Assembly (NCBI RefSeq): GCF_006345805.1
Contig: NC_042997.1
Location: 44,764,001-44,828,000, forward strand
DNA: 64,000 nucleotides
From: Octopus sinensis
Taxonomy: Eukaryota
Reading direction: 5' to 3'
The translations under genes and the position numbers were made by a program. The notes beneath the pieces were generated by a model that ran no database searches, had not been told where the DNA came from, and was given only the letters and a program-made list of their open reading frames with translations. Shown here in pieces: positions 49,129 through 62,209 of the stretch. Within the stretch, counting starts at the first letter, position 1. Every line of letters starts with the position of its first letter.

Positions 49129-49697
49129 TCAGCCATTTAATTTGGGGGAGAACTTAGCTATGAAATGTTTTTCCATATTCCTCCTGAAGGGGTGTCATTC
49201 TTCGGACACTTGTAGAAGGGAAATATCTTAAATTTTCCTTCTCCACATGTAGCTAGGTGTGTGCTTAGTGGTATTTTGCGTAGTTCTTCCTGCCGAATAT
49301 GTTGTCGGTGGATCTGGCTCGCTGGCACAAAGAATTACCAGTTTCTCCTACGTAATTCTCCTTGCATGTGGGGCAGGTTATGCAGTATATGACGTTCTGC
49401 GTCTTGCAGTTCATATCTGCATTTACTTTGAATATGACACCATTTTTAAATCTTATCTCTCTGTTGCTCTCTATGTATTTGTAGGTGGGGTTGCTGCAGG
49501 TCCCACATCTACCATCTCCGCACTCTTTTGCAAAGAATTCCGTTTTAGTTTCTGAAGAGAATTTCGCTCTTGTTAGGTGTTTTTTTAGGTTTTTGTCCTG
49601 TCGTCTACTGTTTTTTATGCTATATTTGTTTAATATGTTTTTCATTTTGGGGCTCTGTAAGGCTATTGGTAGGTTTGAATGTATGGTTTGGAAGATG
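49129..49697 (-). pseudogene. Mirror GIY-YIG copy with longer upstream linker; frameshifted
   Basis: NIFQTIHSNLP...NSRRQDKNLKKHLTRAKF then the same domain; the frame breaks after QRAR. Confidence 0.8.
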
Positions 49698-50108
49698 TTC
49701 TTTGCAAAAGAGTGCGGAGATGGTAGATGTGGGACCTGCAGCAACCCCACCTACAAATACATAGAGAGCAACAGAGAGATAAGATTTAAAAATGGTGTCA
49801 TATTCAAAGTAAATGCAGATATGAACTGCAAGACGCAGAACGTCATATACTGCATAACCTGCCCCACATGCAAGGAGAATTACGTAGGAGAAACTGGTAA
49901 TTCTTTGTGCCAGCGAGCCAGGATCCACCGACAACATATTCGGCAGGAAGAACTACGCAAAATACCACTAAGCACACACCTAGCTACATGTGGAGAAGGA
50001 AAATTTAAGATATTTCCCTTCTACAAGTGTCCGAAGAATGACACCCCCTTCAGGAGGAATATGGAAAAACATTTCATAGCTAAGTTCTCCCCCAAATTAA
50101 ATGGCTGA
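49698..50108 (+). CDS. Penelope-type GIY-YIG endonuclease domain (partial, open frame)
   Basis: CGDGRCGTC linker, NVIYCITCPTCKENYVGETG, R..HR and R..E..FI....PKLN. Confidence 0.82.
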   Translation, partial: FFAKECGDGRCGTCSNPTYKYIESNREIRFKNGVIFKVNADMNCKTQNVIYCITCPTCKENYVGETGNSLCQRARIHRQHIRQEELRKIPLSTHLATCGEGKFKIFPFYKCPKNDTPFRRNMEKHFIAKFSPKLNG

Positions 50109-50643
50109 AACTTTACTCAACATACATTGAAGGAAAAATCTGTGTGTGTGTAGATGTGTGTATTGCCTGTTATATACATCATATTATATTATTATCTTTA
50201 TAATTCACTTCCATCTTTACCCTTTAATTGTCACTTTAGTTTTAACTTTCCTATGACATACAACTTTCAAGATGGTATAATTTGGTTGTTCATTTTGAAC
50301 CGATAAAAAGGTTTTTTCAAATATTTTATGTATAAGTCTGTGTGTGTGTATATATATGTGTTGGTATAAATATCAACACACAAAAAATTTTTTCTTCTCC
50401 ACTTCCTCCCTTATTTTTATTTTATTTTATTTTATTTTTTTATTTTTTATTTTTTTATTTTTTATTCTTATATTTTTATTTATTCTTATATTTTTTTATT
50501 TTATTTTTTTATTTTTTGTTTTTATTTTATTTTTATTTTTATTTTTTTATTTTTTTAATTTTTTATTTTATTATTATTATTTTTATTTTCCCTTTTCTCT
50601 TTTTGTCTCTCTCCCCTTCTCCAAACACACAGACACACACACA

Positions 50644-50681
<38 letters not shown>

Positions 50682-50881
50682 AACACACACAGACACCTCC
50701 ACAGAATGATCATAGAAAGTGTGACCCCAAATGACATTTGCCAGGCCAACCTATGCACAACACACACTCAGTGACATTGAAATGGACAGCCAAAGTTCTT
50801 ATAAAACCACAGGGGGTCCAGCAGACCAACGGAAATAACACTTCTTCACTCTCAGATATAAATGCGCACACACACACACAC

Positions 50882-50919
<38 letters not shown>

Positions 50920-51294
50920 TTTCTCTCTGCCTCACTTCCTCCTCAACCACTACTACGAAACTATAAAAAGGTTCAAACTACCCACAACTGATTTGATTTG
51001 AAAACCCACTAGAATGGGAGCAAGCGCTAATCCGAATGATATGATATATATGTAAAAAATGTAATATATAAATAAATATCTACAAATATGAACCATCTGA
51101 TCTGATTACCTCAATTTTTCTAATATATAATACCTGTACATCATCTCCAAACCTTCCGATATATATATATATATATGTATAGTCAGAAAATCATCAATTA
51201 ATCAATATAGGGTAGCAAAAAATTCAATAGAAATTTTTTCGCCACCAGCGGTCTAGTGAGAAAGAGAAAATAGTCAGAGGCTATATATATATAT

Positions 51295-51547
51295 ATATTC
51301 AACACCAATTGAGGAACGGCCTCAATAGGCCATTCGACCCACTAGAAAGATCAGCCAGGACTCAAACCGCCAAGTAGTAGTAATTCAGAAATTAAAGGAA
51401 AATTAAAAAAGGAATGAATAGGGTTTATTTTTTTTTTAATTCTCCTTTAATTTCTGAATTACTACTACTTGGCGGTTTGAGTCCTGGCTGCTCTTTCTAG
51501 TGGGTCGAATGACCTATTGAGGCCGTTCCTCAATTGTTGTTGAATAT
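51295..51547. repeat. ~250-bp MITE-like inverted repeat in (TA)n
   Basis: Arms tattcaacaccaattgaggaacggcc... / ...ggccgttcctcaattgttgttgaata; (TA)n on both sides. Confidence 0.75.
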
Positions 51548-51610
51548 ATATATATATATGTATACGTATGTATGTATATATATATGTATATGCGTGTATG
51601 TATATATATA

Positions 51611-51660
<50 letters not shown>

Positions 51661-51861
51661 CGTAAGGTGTACTAGCCATCTGAATGTGGCTAGCCACTGG
51701 GGGTGGGGTGTTAATGATGCTTTTAGCCCCAGGCGATCAACGTCACCAGATGGACTTTAGAAAACTATCTCAGTGCCCTTGTGTTATTTGCGAAGGGAGG
51801 TCATCCTCCCTCGAAGACCTAAGTACTACATACGGACTATAGTTTCAAGGTAATTGCCTCT

Positions 51862-52087
51862 CGCCAACGCATGGTAAGCACCGGTCTTCGATGAAGGAGT
51901 CCCCTTGCAAATAACATATAACGTTTTTCGTTGTCGAGCGGTTACTGTTTATATCTCGTTCAGAGATTTATTATTGCTTTCAGACAGTTTTTCTAAATCA
52001 GTGACAGTGGTTGCTGTGAAAAACGTTATATATTATTTGCAAGGGGACTCCTTCATCGAAGACCGGTGCTTACCATGCGTTGACGAG
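51862..52087. repeat. Inverted repeat, ~65-bp arms
   Basis: 51862-51927 matches the reverse complement of 52020-52087. Confidence 0.85.
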
Positions 52088-52496
52088 TACTTTTACAGAG
52101 CTTAGAAAAATTGAAGGACCACTGCAATAAATTTGAGGAATTTGATGAATAAAATCACAATTAACTGACCCTCCTGTATTTTCTTTTACCCAAAGTCAGG
52201 CACTTTCAAGTACCCTCTCGGATTTCATTTTTATTGAGCTGTGGAGAGATTTGAACTCAGAGCACGTGGGAATAATTTCATATTAAAATAACAAAAACAA
52301 ACAAACAGGTATTCATAATTTCTATTATACAAATTAGAAAAAAATCTACCTTGTAATTTGTGCATTAGAAATTATTACGTGTTTAGGGCATCAAGGGAAG
52401 GCGGACACCACAGAAGTGGTAAATGGCTCGCAGCACGAAAGAAATTACTTTAAACTTACTAAACTAATATTCGGGATGTCTTATCTCTACGAAGTA

Positions 52497-52554
52497 CAGT
52501 GATCCCTCGCTACTTCGCGGTTCAATTATCGCAGATTCACGACTTCGCGGATTT

Positions 52555-52613
<59 letters not shown>

Positions 52614-53352
52614 AATATATGATTTTGATTTTTCCTGTTTCAGCTAATGAGCTGTGGCCATGCTGGGGCACCGCCATTTATATATATGAACACCTAAAAT
52701 TTTTCATTAAATCCATTAAAATATTAATGATAAATATTATTTCCTAGTCTAAGAACAACAAAAAAAGTGTAAAATAGCAAAAAAGCATATACAGGGGTAT
52801 TTGAACTTAAGACGGTCTGTGATTGGTGCAATGGAGAGAGACGACGAATCCCGAGGTGCAAGGGAGAGAGTCAGGAATCCGTACGCGATGCTCTTTGAAC
52901 GGAAAAAGAAGCAGCGGCAGCAACTTCCTATCACAATGTTTTTGCAGCTTCGCAAAAAAGAGCTAGTTCCTGCTGCTACTACTACGGCTGCACCTTCGGA
53001 AGAAGTAGAAAAGGTGTCCCAGGAAAGGGCACCGCCGTCAGCTCTCTTCTTCATCATTTCTACTGCGCAGCAAATTCATCATCATCATCATTCAAATTTT
53101 ACTTCAACTTCTTTCGCGTTGAGTACAGTAACAATCTTTATTTTTTCTTTATCTAAAGTGTTATTACTTAACAGTTGTCCTTGTTATTAATAAACTACTG
53201 TAATGGGTGGGTTGTTAACAGTACAGGGAGGGTTTTAAAAGGTCAACTACACGTTAAATAAATACTGTAAATATGGTGTCCCTACTTCGCGGAAATTTAG
53301 TTATCGCGGCCGGTTTCGGAACCAATCTACCGCGATAAACGAGGGACCACTG
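52497..53352 (+). mobile_element. Tigger/pogo-like deletion derivative
   Basis: TA|CAGTGATCCCTCGC ... CGAGGGACCACTG|TA; C-terminal KKKQRQQLPITMF remnant. Confidence 0.8.
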
Positions 53353-53547
53353 TATAGAAGCAGATGTATAACGTAAGATTAATTTTGAGAATTTGATCAA
53401 AGACATCGCAATTAAAAGAAAAAAATAGGAGAAAACTTTTCAAATATAAATAAAGTGGAAGTATACAAGGAAAAATATCATTTTTCCATCTTTCCGTTAG
53501 TTTTGGTTCATTTTGTAAAATAAAATATATTTTATGGTTTATTATTT

Positions 53548-53957
53548 AGGAGTGGCTGTGTGGTAAGTAGCTTGCTAACCAACCACATGGTTCCGGGTTC
53601 AATCCCACTGCGTGGCATCTTGGGCAAGTATCTTCTGCTATAGCCCCGGGCCGACCAATGCCTTGTGAGTGGATTTGGTAGACGGAAACTGAAAGAAGCC
53701 TGTCGTATATATGTATATATATATATATGTGTGTGTGTATATGTTTGTGTGTCTGTGTTTGTCCCCCTAGCATTGCTTGACAACAGATGCTGGTGTGTTT
53801 ACGTCCCCGTCACTTAGCGGTTCGGCAAAAGAGACCGATAGAATAAGTACTGGGCTTACAAAAGAATAAGTCCCGGGGTCGATTTGCTCGACTAAAAGGC
53901 GGTGCTTCAGCATGGCCGCAGTCAAATGACTGAAACAAGTAAAAGAGTAAAAGAGAG
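53548..53957 (+). mobile_element. Full-length tRNA-derived SINE (first family; reference empty site)
   Basis: A-box-like tggctgtgtgg, B-box ggttcaatccc, central microsatellite and (agtaaaag)n-like tail. Confidence 0.9.
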
Positions 53958-54218
53958 TTATATTTTGAATTACATATGTATGGTGGGGACTAAAACCTTT
54001 TAAGCGTTTAAGGCCTCTTTGAGTTTTAATCCAACCCTGATTGTAGTACACAGCCAGAAATTTAGGGGATAGGTGTCAGTCGATCATATCGAACGCAACA
54101 CTTGATGCAATATTTTATCGGTCCCAGGATTTGAACCCTGATCGCAAAGAGCCATAAATACATACCGTTATGGACGCTTGTCCAACTCCCTGAAGATTCT
54201 GTTTATTCATTATCCTTT

Positions 54219-54861
54219 CAGAGGTTCTCAACCGGGGTCCATATAAGAATTTGTTATTAAAGTTTGTGAAATAAATTGCTTACACTTCTACGATACACAA
54301 AATACTTTTAGCAACATTTTAAAAAACAATTCCTAATAACATCTTTATATATAAAAGAGAGGTTGTGTGTCTGTCTGTCTCCTACGATTTAGATTCCTAA
54401 CTACTCCCACATTTTGCGGTGCAGTTTAACCAAAAGCGGTATCTTATAGTCGTGATTCATATTGAGCCCTTCTGGGTATTAGCGCGCGTCTACGATGAGT
54501 CTACGATTAAAAAAAAATTACCATAATTTTTTCCCATTTTTAATGCATTTTGTTGCTATTATATAAGGGAAGTAACTCTCTAAAAATGTATTATTAAATC
54601 TCAGAACGTAAAAAGCTACAGTAACCCCCCCCCCCCGTTGTGGTTAGCCATATTGAGATGGCTATTATACTTTACATCTCTAAAAATGCTTATATAGTTA
54701 TTTCCCTTACAAACCCGAGCAACGCCGGGCGATACTGCCAGTTTAATTATAAAAATGTAATAGGATTGTTTTAAACAATGAATGATTGTTCAGTCCACCC
54801 GAGTGAAATAGAAATCAAAGTGGGGTGGTTTAGGTAAAAAAAAAATGGTTGAGAGTCACTA
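54219..54861. mobile_element. hAT-like MITE containing Helitron copy 5
   Basis: Termini cagaggttctcaacc / ggttgagagtcacta. Confidence 0.5.
54342..54741 (+). mobile_element. Non-autonomous Helitron, copy 5
   Basis: A|TC start; hairpin plus CCAG|T (mutated CTAG). Confidence 0.82.
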
Positions 54862-57243
54862 GAGATAATCATACTTGTTTCTAGTTTCGGCACGGTTTAA
54901 TAGGAGACAATAACAAATTATGTCGACACCATGTTAGATTGGTATTTTTATTTTATCGATTTTGGGGTGATAAAGGGTAAAACTAACCAGGGTAGGATTT
55001 GAACTCAACATTATAATCATTAATTCTTTGAACCGCTGATCATAATCATTTTAATTCAAGTATAGACAGACAATATTATTTGATGAGGGGACAGGTGGAT
55101 AAAGTCGAATCCAGGACTTGAATAATCTTTATCGTATTGTAATTTATTTTACTGACCACTTTCCCGAGCGGGGGAAATGAAAAAGTTGACCGAAATAACT
55201 AAATCCTGTAAAAAAATTTTGTTCGACGCGCTCACCATATCGACAACCCACCGTCCTTTAGAGATAATTATATATATGATAACGATTTCTAACTTAGGCA
55301 CAAGGCGCTACATTTTAGAGTGAAGTGGAGATGTATAATCAGTTATATCGAATTTATAACTTGGAATTTTCATATTTTTCATAACATTCACAGAAAACAA
55401 TAAACATAGATAATAAAATTCACAGGGAACCTGCTTTGCTTGTGAGTTGTATAGCAAGTGCTTCTTTACAGGAATGGTACACACCAGCCTGAATAGTCGA
55501 ATGTATTATTCAGAATGATAAACTATATCTTATGTAAATAAACATACGGTTATAAGCATATGAATAGTACAAAAATTAAAGTAACAAAACCATATATTAC
55601 TGGAAAAATAGGTGTAAAATTATAATTATAAGGTATTAATGTGTTTTAACTGCGGAAACCGCAGAGGCAACGGCTTCGTGTCTGTAGGAATGCAGCATCA
55701 AGCGAAATCTATGGAATCTGTTGCACTACATGACTGCTTAATCTATTTTATGGACCCTTGAAGGATGGAATAATAGTGAAGGAGAGAAAGAGGAATATAA
55801 CGAACAAAATTAACTATTACGTGCTAAGGATACTTGCTTATACATAAATATCTTTGGATTTGTTTGGATTTTGGTTATGAATCTCAACGCTGTGAAAGTA
55901 TCTACCAGCATCTACTGAATACAGCCGAACATCCCCCTATTCGACATTTATAACAGATTTCTTACATCAAAACTCCAAATCCCTGATGTACTGGAGGAAA
56001 TAATTGGATTGGTAGTGTGATGTCCAATCAGTCCACCACGGGAGTGAGTGTAATTAATTAATAACGTAAATGACGAGACGGAAAGATGACCACTGTGTGG
56101 TCTCACGATTTGCTAAAAACTGCAGTAAAATCTCATTCGGAATACAGAGGGCTGACTTGTGACTTAACAACAACAACACCCTCAACGACGACTGAGTTGT
56201 GGCCCTGTCTCCCTCAAACGATGACGATGGTTCTAATGTAGATGCGCATACCATCACATCAGCATTTTCGCTTCATCGGGTCAGAAAGTTTAATATTTTC
56301 CCTACACACACACACTTGAGTGAAAGAGAAGATATTTAATTTTTTATTTTTTTTTTATTTCATTGCTTTTATTAATTAGAAATTTGTATTTTTCGGGGAG
56401 GCAGGGCGAGCTGTTTAGTTTTCGCCCCCAACGTCACCCACATTCACATACTTTCGCCCCATCACAACTTCTTCCCACACTCTCTCTCTCTTACCCTCTT
56501 TGAAACTAACTCTCAGCACACACACGCCTACAAACAAATACATTCTTCCAACTTAAATCTGCTCCGACTGCTTGGTCGAACGAAGACACATGCGAGCTCC
56601 TTTTCGCTTGTTATTTATCACATGCAAGTTTTTACGATGATCATTACGACAATGAGAAGAAGAAGAATAATAATTATCACATCAGATTTAGTCAATAAAT
56701 TCGATATTAATCTTTTCCGATGTTCTAATTACCATTTCTAAAAGATGTGAAACACATTTTATTCCGATATATTTATACATACTGGCACGTTTGCATACAT
56801 GTATACATACAACATTTGCATTGTTTGGATTGTAATTACACGCTAATTAGTAGAATATCTTCACATTTTTATGAAAAGTTCGTTATTATGTATGAATCAA
56901 TTTGTAAATTTCGACTGCAGCTCTGCGTGCGTGTGTGTGCGCGCGCATCATAGATTTTTTCCTTGTTGAAAATCAATGTATATGACTGAGTTAGCTGGGA
57001 TTTCTTTCTAGACGAGTGGATGTTCGTTCTCAAGGTAAGATGTTATTATCTCTTTTTCTTTTTAAATCGTCTTTTTCACCTTCTTTTTCTTTCCTTCTGT
57101 ACCACTATTTTATCATTATGTGTAATCTCAATGTATCACTCTACAATGATTCCCACTGTTTTTGTCAAACCTTAATGGTTAACAGTTGGCAGAATCGTTA
57201 GCAGGCCAGACGAAATGCTTTGTGACATTTCATCTGTTTTTTT

Positions 57244-59302
57244 GGTTAATATAGGGCGTAACAAATATCAGAAAATCCAAAAAAAAATGTGTGTAATAGG
57301 TGTAAAACAACTTCCTATGAACGAATATGAAAAAAAAAATTCGCGCACGCGAAAGGGGGGTGGGGGAGAGGCCTCGGAAAATTCACATCGGGAAGTTCCG
57401 AAAGCGTCTGAGGGGCTGACCCGGGCACCAAAACAAAAAAAAAATAGTGTAATATGTGTAAAACAACTTGCTCTAAACGAATATGAAAAAAAAAATGCGC
57501 TCTCGAGAAAGAGGGGTGGGGGAGAGGCCTCGGAATATTTATATCGGGAATTTCCGAAAGCGTCTGAACCGGGCACAAAAACAAAAACAAAAACAGCGTA
57601 ATAGGTGTAAAACAACTTGCTCTAAACGACTATCATGAAAAAAATGCGCGCTCGCGAAAGGGGGGTGGGGGAGAGGCTTCGGAAATTTCACATCTTCAGT
57701 CCACGGCCTTTAAACTAAGAAAAAATAGTGTAATTGGTGTAAAACTACTTGTTCTAAACGAGTATCAAGAACACACACTCACACATGAATCATAAACTCC
57801 GTATTTCGCAAAAAAAAAAAAAATAAAGAGAAGAAATTCTGGAAAAAGTGAAGAAATGTTGGATCTCCGCCATGTGAATCAAAATACGTGTCAGAAACAT
57901 CTTGAAATACTACAGAAATTATGTTACGAAAATGATAATGTATACATACCTCTTTGAGTGGTCCATCGATAATGATGATAAAGAAATGAGTTGGATTTGA
58001 ACTCAGAATATTGACTAACACAACTACATACTACAAGACTCAAAATATTCAGCCAAGTCACCACCCTTTAACTAGCAATAATAATAACATCAATAACATA
58101 ACAGCCAAAAGATTTATTTGTTCTGAAAATAACAATCATAGTAAATAAATATGTTCTTTAATATTCACATTCATGTGCACAGTTAAACACACTTACATAC
58201 AAACAGTCACGCATGCATAATACAGAACGGAACACATAAATGAAGGATGCATTACTTAGTATATATTACATCTAGAGAATTTTGATTAATAAGTCAAATA
58301 TGCAAATTATAAAGATAATTAATTGCTTTACTAAACAGTGTTGTAAAGGTGAAAAAATAAATTTGGGAAAAAAATACACGCCAAAACTAATTAATAAAGG
58401 ATAATTAGGGAAGGATTGACACAAAATAATAATTTTTTCTGTCTCTTTTTTTCTGATAAATGCATCTTAATAAGTGAGAAGAATTGCATATATCTGAACT
58501 ATTTCAAAGAAAAGCATTGTAGTATGTAGTTGTGTTAGTCAATATTCTGAGTTCAAATCCAACTCATTCTTTATCATCATTATCGATGGACCACTCAAAG
58601 AGGTATGTATACATTATCATTTTCGTAACATAATTTCTGTAGTATTTCAAGATGTTTCTGACACGTATTTTGATTCACATGGCGGAGATCCAACATTTCT
58701 TCACTTTTTCCAGAATTTCTTCTCTTTATTTATTTTTTTTTTGCGAAATACGGAGTTTATGATTCATGTGTGAGTGTGTGTTCTTGATACTCGTTTAGAA
58801 CAAGTAGTTTTACACCAATTACACTATTTTTTCTTAGTTTAAAGGCCGTGGACTGAAGATGTGAAATTTCCGAAGCCTCTCCCCCACCCCCCTTTCGCGA
58901 GCGCGCATTTTTTTCATGATAGTCGTTTAGAGCAAGTTGTTTTACACCTATTACGCTGTTTTTGTTTTTGTGCCCGGTTCAGACGCTTTCGGAAATTCCC
59001 GATATAAATATTCCGAGGCCTCTCCCCCACCCCTCTTTCGCGAGAGCGCATTTTTTTTTGTCATATTCGTTTAGAGCAAGTTGTTTTACACATATTACAC
59101 TATTTTTTTTTGTTTTGGTGCCCGGGTCAGCTCCTCAGACGCTTTCGGAACTTCCCGATGTGAATTTTCCGAGGCCTCTCCCCCACCCCCCTTTCGCGTG
59201 CGCGAATTTTTTTTTTCATATTCGTTCATAGGAAGTTGTTTTACACCTATTACACACATTTTTTTTGGGATTTTCTGATATTTGTTACGCCCTATATTAA
59301 CC
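57244..59302. mobile_element. Foldback DNA element with GG..CC ends, ~790-bp TIRs and 8-bp TSD (Merlin-like)
   Basis: gttttttt at 57236-43 and 59303-10; arms 57244-58036 and 58517-59302; internal ~130-bp subrepeats; splits a SINE (57183-57243 / 59311-59420). Confidence 0.75.
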
Positions 59303-59479
59303 GTTTTTTTAGGTTCTGAGTTCAAATCCCACCAAAGTCGACTTCACCTTTCACCCTTTCGGAATCGATAAAATGAAATATTTGCCGAGCACTGGGGTCG
59401 GTGTAGACGACTAGCTCCGTTTTCCCTTAACATTGCTGGCTTTGTGCTTAAAATTTGAAAGAATTATCATTTTTGGCAG

Positions 59480-60020
59480 CATGCTGGCAGAATCATTTGA
59501 GCATTGGAAGAAATTCTTTGCGGTATTTTTTCCGGTTCTTTGCATTATGAGTTCAAATCCATCAAATACCTATTCCACCTTTTAGAGTCCTGTCGAAAAA
59601 TGGTTTCGATAGGGTCAACAAATATCTCCTCAAAATTGCTGGCATTGTGCCTATATGAGAAACAGTTACTATTATTATTTAAGGATTTATTCCGCCGAGG
59701 CCAACTTTGCCTTTTATCCTTACGGGGTCGATAAAATGAGTTCCAGTTAATCACTGGGGGTCGATATAATTGACTTACCCCCTCCCCGAAATTGCTGGCC
59801 AAGTGCGAAAATTTGAAACCATTTATTAATTAAAGCATCGAGCTGGCAGAATTGTCAACTTGTGGGACAAAGTGCTAAGCAGCATTTCTTTCGGCTCTTT
59901 TCATTTTGAGTTCTAATTCCGTCGAGGTCGACTCTGCTTTTCATCCTGAGCACTGGGGCCTGATCTAATTGACTCATCCATCCCCTAAAATTAATGGCAT
60001 TGTACTAAAAATTGAAACCA
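59480..60020 (+). mobile_element. Cluster of three degenerate second-family SINE copies
   Basis: Repeated gctggcagaat...gagttcaaat...cactggggtcg segments. Confidence 0.55.
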
Positions 60021-60841
60021 TTATTATTATTATTATCATCATTAATTACTTGCATGGAATCTTAATTGTCAGAGAGATCTGTCATGAATAGTAGCTTCTG
60101 ATAACCAGAATCAAACTCTCGGCCTTCGCACTCATCTTCCTAGCCTCAAAGTCCGGCGGAACTGTTTGTATTGGTAGGAGAAGAAGGGAAAATACGTCGG
60201 ATAGATGGAACTCGTCAGTCTGACTAGGCAGTTCATCTAAGAGAGAGGGTAAACTTTGACATGCGGCAAAGTTTCAGAAGCAAATCCTAAGAAAAATTCC
60301 GCTACTGAAATTCCTAAAGTAGTCAAAAGTTGTTTTCAAAATAGTTTTTACAGTTTCTTGTACAATACTGGTGCCAAACCGTACAGACCCTTACTCTTCC
60401 TTTGGACAACGTCAGTGGTGAGGAGAGGGAAGACCTGCTGCATTGACAACTGTTGGTCTCCCATACTAACCCTACTCAAACTTGTAACATGCAAAGGACA
60501 CTCCAGCTTTTGCCTCATCGCAATGGAACAACAAGGAAAGCTGCTGTTTACCGGTTATAAACCGGTAATCAAATTGGCACTAAAAGATGCTTTCGACATA
60601 GGGACGGGCCATTGTCTCACTGGACGGTTACCATTCGCATCAAGCTGGCCAAATTCCAGCCATTTAAGCGCTGTCCCGTTGCAGTCTGCCTGCCTCACTC
60701 AGTGCATGTGTCCTACAGATACAAGTGGCATAAATTGCACCAGGCATAACAGGAACACAAAAGTGCTAACGAAGTTGATAAGAGGAGCACGCTAAAAGTC
60801 CCAACCTGCAATTTTTCTACTTGTGCTAAATTTTAGCCTAA

Positions 60842-61540
60842 TCTTGTGGCTCGTAAATTCCTACCCATCCATATATCTTATGTATCCAGTGTGTGTGTGC
60901 GCGCTGTCCCTCATTCTCGCTGCATAATATGTGACGCCATGATCTGTGAGACATTTCCCTCAATATAGCAGGGGTTATTGTTGCAAATGCCGCGATAACA
61001 GCTGCTTTCAATTCATTGTTGGAATTATGACGTTGTTTCGGCACAATGTTCTTTATGTATCCTCAAAGAGAGTTATCACATGGTGTCTTGCGGGCCATTT
61101 CATGGGCGCCGGGGATGTTACAGAACCACGACCTATCTATTTGTCTGGAAAAGTGTCATTAAGATGATCTCGCACAGTGAGGGCATAATGAGCCAGAGCT
61201 CCATCTTGTTGAAACTAAATCTCCTCTCCGATTCCAAGTATATCAAGTATTACTGTATAAACCATTGTTGTAACATGTTTAGATATGAAGTATGGTTTAC
61301 TGACCCGTGAAAAAAGTATGGTCCAATAACATGACGCACATTAAATGCTGCCCACATCATGACATGCGGAGTATTGTATTCAATTTCTTCATAATAATGA
61401 AGGTTCTCTTTTACTCAGAAGTAAACATTTCGTGCTCGACTCGAACGGTAAATTGCGCACTCGTCCGTAATCACCCCTTTTCCCCGTGAAAGAATCGTAT
61501 TGAATAACATATGGACGGGTAGGACTTACGGGCCACCTTG
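60842..61540 (-). mobile_element. Degenerate Tc1-like transposon
   Basis: TIRs gtggctcgtaaattcctacccatccatat / atatggacgggtaggacttacgggccac; remnants VMMWAA...IGPYFF, KWPAR and NELKAAVIAAFATITP. Confidence 0.75.
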
Positions 61541-62145
61541 TACATCCTCGAAAATGTACCTTTCCAAAAACTTATTTATTAAAAGAATTTTCCAAAATGT
61601 TATGAGGAAACAAAGTCGGTGGCTCACCAAAATGCTGTTGCGCCAAGTCTAAAACCAAATTGAAGTTATGTCTTGAACGTTATACTGATTACACGAAACG
61701 ATAAACTTAGCTTGGAAGTATTGTTAGTTGTAATATTTCCTGTTTTAAGCTTTCTTCCTACTAAAAGACATCAACGTGCGCGCGCGACAAAAAAATTTGC
61801 TTCTTGACAAAATGGTTCCGGTTTAGGTCCCATTGTGTAGCATCTTGGGCAAGTGTCTTCTACTATAGCCTTGCTGACCAAAACTTTGTGAATGGACTTG
61901 GAGACTGAAGGAAGCTCGTCGCGCGCGCGACGTGTATATATATATATATATATAATAATAATAAATATTAGGGAATAAATCCAAATTTACAGGGAAAAAT
62001 CAGATTTAGGATTGAATCCAATTTTATAGTAAAATATTATATAATATTAATTAGAGACAAAACCACTATTATGTAAATCAAACATATATTGGATTAAGTC
62101 TTTCTTTGTTTGATTTACATAATAGTGGTTTTGTCTCTAATTAAT

Positions 62146-62209
<64 letters not shown>

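Larger units (their letters stand above)
48005..51128. mobile_element. Inverted pair of 5'-truncated Penelope-like elements
   Basis: Arms 48005-49537 and 49698-51128 with a 160-bp spacer; each arm has a GIY-YIG domain pointing outward and a ~1-kb 3' region. Confidence 0.85.

Noticed and set aside
53548-53620. Possible tRNA gene
   Set aside because: It has A/B-box-like motifs but no complete cloverleaf and continues into a SINE body.
57244-57250. TTAA at the foldback ends suggesting piggyBac or Kolobok
   Set aside because: TTAA lies inside the inverted repeat; the true duplication is the 8-bp GTTTTTTT.
60256-60795. 179-aa ORF
   Set aside because: No recognisable domain; at most a very decayed RTE endonuclease region, which I cannot support.
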